The position numbers and the translations under genes were made by a program. 64,000 nucleotides of DNA, taken from contig JBBRTU010000001.1 of the NCBI GenBank assembly GCA_038244115.1, positions 150,632 through 214,631 on the forward strand, given 5' to 3'. The DNA comes from Burkholderiales bacterium. Lineage in GTDB: Bacteria > Pseudomonadota > Gammaproteobacteria > Burkholderiales > JBBRTU01. Positions 60,850 through 64,000 of this stretch are shown one piece after another. Under the pieces are notes generated by a model. It ran no database searches and was not told where the DNA came from. It was given only the letters and a program-made list of their open reading frames with translations. Positions within the stretch are counted from its first letter, which is position 1, and the number at the start of each line of letters is the position of its first letter.

Positions 60850-62292
60850 CTAGCCCACCTGCTTCTGCAACATCGCAATACCCCACGCCACACCGAACCC
60901 CGTCACATTGCTCGCCACTGCGCCCAAGCCCCCTTCGCAACTGCTGGCAGAAAGATCCATGTGCAGCCATGGCACGTCATTGACGAAACGCTTCAGGAAA
61001 CGCGTCGCAAGAATATGGTCAGCTTCGCCGTCCAGGGTACATTGCTTGATGTCGGCAATCTTGCTGTCGAGAGCCGGCTCGTAGTCGGCATCCAGCGGGA
61101 AGGCACACACCCGTTCGCCGGTTTGCTTGCCTGCTGCAACTGCTTGCTCCAATAATTTTTCTTGATTGGAGAGCACTCCGCTGTAACGCGCACCCAGCGC
61201 CACGGCCATGCTGCCGGTGAGTGTAGCGAAATCGAACATGACATCCGGTTTGGCTTTCGCCGCCAGCGCCAACGTATCGGCCAGTACCATGCGGCCTTCT
61301 GCATCGGTGTGAATGATTTCGATGGTGGTGCCGTTTAGCGCGGTCACTACGTCGTTCTGTTTATAGGCTTTGGGGCTGATATGGTTCTGCGCCATGGCCA
61401 GCCAGCAGTCTATGTTCACCGGTAGTTTAGCTTGTGACGCAGCCAGCAATATTCCCAGCGCCACGGCTGAGCCGTTCATGTCTTCGTGCATGCCATGCAT
61501 ATACTTGGCGGGTTTTAGATTGTGGCCGCCAGTGTCGAAGCAGATGCCCTTGCCAACTAAGGCCACGGTCTTCTTCGCACCCTTGGGGCGATAGCTGAGA
61601 TGCACAATGGCGGCATCCTCTTCGCTGCTGCCCTGCGCCACCGCTACGAACGCCCCAGCACCCATCTTGCGCAACGCCTTCATGTCGAATTCCTCGTGCT
61701 TCCAGCATTGTTCCTTTGCGAGTTTTTTCACACGCTGGCGATAGAAACCCGGTGTAAGTTCGTTGGCCGGCAGCATGGTAAGTTCGCGCGTCAGGCTGTT
61801 GCCCGCAGCCTGTGCGCGCAGCAGCGGAAAATCCTCCTGGCAGCCATACAGCGCAATTTTTTGCAGCGGAGCCTCGGTTTTTTTCTTGCGCGAAGGCAGC
61901 GCCACCCCATTCAGCCAAGCCACATACAGTGCTGCTTCCGCTGCATGCTTGCGCTGCCCTGCGTCACCGAACACGGCAATAGCGATCTCCTTCGGATGTT
62001 CGGCCAGCAACAACTGCATGGCTTTGCGCAACGAGGTATGTTGTTCGAAGCGGCTCTTGACAGCATCCAGCATTACCCAGGCGATCAGCCCACCGGCATA
62101 TTCGGTGCTGATCGGCGATTCTGCCAGTTCGGCAGCCTTCATGCGGCGGCGTTTGAGTACGGCTTGCAGACTATCCAACTGCGGCACGGCGGGAAGGGTT
62201 TTCCCGGCGGGCAGCACAATCAGCGTGTGCGCATGTTTGGAGAGTTCCTGTTCGGAAAGTGGTTTTGCGTTTTGGGTGGTATTGGGAAACAT
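60850..62292 (-). CDS. M17-family leucyl aminopeptidase
   Basis: 480 aa with VGKGICFDTGGHNLKP and HTDAEGRMVLAD motifs. Confidence 0.9.
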   Translation of the reverse strand: MFPNTTQNAKPLSEQELSKHAHTLIVLPAGKTLPAVPQLDSLQAVLKRRRMKAAELAESPISTEYAGGLIAWVMLDAVKSRFEQHTSLRKAMQLLLAEHPKEIAIAVFGDAGQRKHAAEAALYVAWLNGVALPSRKKKTEAPLQKIALYGCQEDFPLLRAQAAGNSLTRELTMLPANELTPGFYRQRVKKLAKEQCWKHEEFDMKALRKMGAGAFVAVAQGSSEEDAAIVHLSYRPKGAKKTVALVGKGICFDTGGHNLKPAKYMHGMHEDMNGSAVALGILLAASQAKLPVNIDCWLAMAQNHISPKAYKQNDVVTALNGTTIEIIHTDAEGRMVLADTLALAAKAKPDVMFDFATLTGSMAVALGARYSGVLSNQEKLLEQAVAAGKQTGERVCAFPLDADYEPALDSKIADIKQCTLDGEADHILATRFLKRFVNDVPWLHMDLSASSCEGGLGAVASNVTGFGVAWGIAMLQKQVG

Positions 62293-62304
62293 ATGAGACC
62301 TTTG

Positions 62305-62631
62305 TTATGTCAGAGGGGTGCCGTCAATCTTATCCTGCAGCTGGCAATCGCCAGCACCCAGCGCCGGTGCCAGCGGCGATTTACCCATATGCGCAGAAGC
62401 GGCAGAAACCGTGCCTTTCACCAGGCGATACGCAGTATACAACAGCACGATACCGACAATCGGTTTGTATATCCAGCCAGGCAAAGCAGTGCGCCCGCCA
62501 ATATAAAGCGAATGGAATCGATGCCAGCGCGAACAGCCAGAATATCCGCCAGAAGAAACAACCGGCTCGACAAAATTCAATGGAATTTTATCGATCGAGA
62601 ACAATCCGCTGGCATCTTGAGCATGGAACAC
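62305..62631 (-). CDS. Doubtful ORF, possibly a decayed small membrane-protein gene
   Basis: The 108-aa ORF has odd composition. An alternative frame reads the membrane-like ADILAVRAGIDSIRFILAGALLCLAGY, while the ORF frame continues KPIVGIVLLYTAYRLVKG. This suggests frameshifts. Confidence 0.25.
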   Translation of the reverse strand: MFHAQDASGLFSIDKIPLNFVEPVVSSGGYSGCSRWHRFHSLYIGGRTALPGWIYKPIVGIVLLYTAYRLVKGTVSAASAHMGKSPLAPALGAGDCQLQDKIDGTPLT

Positions 62632-62710
62632 GGCGTATCGGGCACGGTTTTCGTTCCGGGGCAGTTATCAATACCTTATAATGCGCACTCTATTTTATTT
62701 GAGCTGTATC

Positions 62711-63052
62711 ATGCCTACTATCCCAGCCTGCCCCCAATGTACCATGGAGAACACCTACCCGGATGGCGACAACTATGTTTGCGCCGACTGCGGCCATGAA
62801 TGGCCGTTAAAGTTAACTACAGACGCTGATGACGGTACAGATGCAGTGATAAAAGATGCCAATGGCAATACGTTGGCAGATGGCGACGCAGTGGTGCTAA
62901 TCAAAGACCTGAAAGTTAAAGGCTCGTCCATCACACTTAAAATGGGCACCAAGGTCAAGAGCATCCGTTTGGTCGGCGGTGATCACGAGGTGGACTGCAA
63001 GATGGATACCGGCAATTTTATGCTGAAGGCCTGCTATTTAAGGAAGGTCTGA
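62711..63052 (+). CDS. yjdM: Zinc-ribbon protein YjdM (PhnA family)
   Basis: Start moved to MPTIPACPQCTMENTYPDGDNYVCADCGHEW. The C-terminal SH3-like part contains KDLKVKGSS...KVKSIRLV...IDCK-like sequence. Confidence 0.9.
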   Translation: MPTIPACPQCTMENTYPDGDNYVCADCGHEWPLKLTTDADDGTDAVIKDANGNTLADGDAVVLIKDLKVKGSSITLKMGTKVKSIRLVGGDHEVDCKMDTGNFMLKACYLRKV

Positions 63053-63188
63053 AAGACCGCTGGCACTACCCAGTCGTTTGGGTGATTCGATAGCGCACAA
63101 AGTATCCCAGCGCCCTTAAGCGCGACGCCACCCTCAATGAAAATCCCGAGAGCGGGTCACCAATTACTCAGCAACGGGGTGATATCCC

Positions 63189-63575
63189 TCAGTCAGCCGG
63201 CAATTCAGGAATAGGCAGGAAGGTTAATGCTATGAGCTTGGAGCGTAGATCTTGCAAAGCGGGGTTCTTGTCTGATATTGGAGCTTGCTTGATATCCTCA
63301 AGCATTTTCAGGGTTAATTTCGTTTCTTCAACAATACTAATTTGTGCCGTTAAATTAGGCATTTTTGTTGTAAGTTTCAGGATAGCGAGTGATTCAGCCT
63401 TGTTTACTATAGCCTCTTCTAAATGGATCATGGCCTCCTCAACAAAATAGGCGGCGGAATCGCCAAACTCTTCAACTTTCCTGAGGTGCTTTTCACACGC
63501 GTCAATAAAATCGCTACTCTCAAGGTGAATTTGTCGCGATCTTTCCAGCAACTTTGATACCCTTATGTCATTCAT
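63189..63575 (-). CDS. Hypothetical helical protein (AT-richer gene)
   Basis: 128 aa, acidic and helical; no family recognised. Confidence 0.45.
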   Translation of the reverse strand: MNDIRVSKLLERSRQIHLESSDFIDACEKHLRKVEEFGDSAAYFVEEAMIHLEEAIVNKAESLAILKLTTKMPNLTAQISIVEETKLTLKMLEDIKQAPISDKNPALQDLRSKLIALTFLPIPELPAD

Positions 63576-63619
63576 AAGTCGCAGGTCTGTGCTAATTGAT
63601 TAAGGCAGGGGCTGGGGAC

Positions 63620-63649
63620 AAAAAAAAACCCCGGCATGCCGGGGTTTTT
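63620..63649. terminator. Bidirectional intrinsic terminator
   Basis: A9-CCCCGGCATGCCGGGG-T5. It lies downstream of cspA on the minus strand but upstream of the 128-aa ORF, which follows cspA on that strand. Confidence 0.85.
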
Positions 63650-63666
63650 ATAGTTCGCTGTGAAGC

Positions 63667-63870
63667 TTACCCTGCTTGGATGTTCGAGGCTTGTTTGCCT
63701 TTAGGTCCAGCCGTTACTTCGAAGGTTACGCGCTGATTTTCTTGCAGCGTTTTAAAACCGCCAGCCTGGATTGCCGAGAAGTGCGCGAACAAATCTTCGC
63801 CGCCATCATCAGGGGTAATAAATCCAAAACCTTTAGCGTCGTTAAACCATTTTACAATACCTGTTGCCAT
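63667..63870 (-). CDS. cspA: Cold-shock protein (CspA family)
   Basis: 67 aa beginning [34 protein letters not shown], with RNP1/RNP2 motifs. Confidence 0.96.
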   Translation of the reverse strand: MATGIVKWFNDAKGFGFITPDDGGEDLFAHFSAIQAGGFKTLQENQRVTFEVTAGPKGKQASNIQAG

Positions 63871-64000
63871 TGTGTTTTTCCTAAATTCAAAAAATTATTT
63901 GGGCGAGAATACCCGTGGTCTATCGAATCAAGAAAAAACAGGGACAACTTAAAGTACCGCAATTAGAAGCTTGAATTCTTTAGAACTCCGTGAGTATACC

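Noticed and set aside
61600-62799. 399-aa plus-strand ORF
   Set aside because: Antisense to the M17 aminopeptidase and spans two other genes. It has no recognisable domain and an Arg/Gln/Phe-rich composition.

Overview
Gene-dense 64 kb chromosomal segment, most likely from a beta-type proteobacterium (inferred from gene content and repeat families, not proven). No rRNA, tRNA or CRISPR array was found. Core content: aroC, a type II P-type ATPase, a DctPQM TRAP transporter, and a complete assimilatory nitrate/nitrite regulon in two blocks. Block one is nirB, a Nas-type molybdoenzyme, a DmsB-DmsC-like fusion, nirD, narK and a PP2C/Ser-Thr kinase (11.7-21.7 kb, plus strand). Block two is nasT and nrtABD (28.0-32.0 kb, minus strand). 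Further core genes: two PAS-GGDEF-EAL proteins, a MacAB-TolC-type efflux operon, an OmpR/EnvZ-like two-component system with bepA and a CpxP/Spy-like envelope module, a COG0523 GTPase, MarC, an aldo-keto reductase, an M17 aminopeptidase, yjdM and cspA. Accessory content is the main interest. (1) A toxin-antitoxin cluster at 0.65-3.4 kb holds two intact pairs (HepT/MntA, TumE/TumA-like) and three decayed modules. (2) A ~6 kb insert (21.8-27.6 kb) splits the two nas blocks and carries Phd/VapC, a complete group II intron inserted into a short tandem-repeat array, and an AT-richer two-gene cassette (unknown 534-aa protein plus HEPN-like protein). (3) An NB-ARC/TPR STAND (NLR-like) gene is preceded by a small Bell-like protein. 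The small protein's C-terminal ~25 aa motif is repeated at the NLR N-terminus (candidate amyloid-type signalling pair), and a decayed contractile-tail sheath gene lies next to it. (4) A 140-bp MITE-like palindrome sits exactly in the macA-stop/macB-start overlap, with a duplicated CATCAG. (5) At least four short intergenic repeat families are present. (6) Readable regulatory RNA/DNA includes sigma-54 promoters, a shared upstream motif, an ANTAR dual-hexaloop antiterminator/terminator leader, and an 11-mer (TGTTACTAAAT) recurring around the two-component system. All functional calls rest on my reading of the translated ORFs and sequence motifs; no database search was run.
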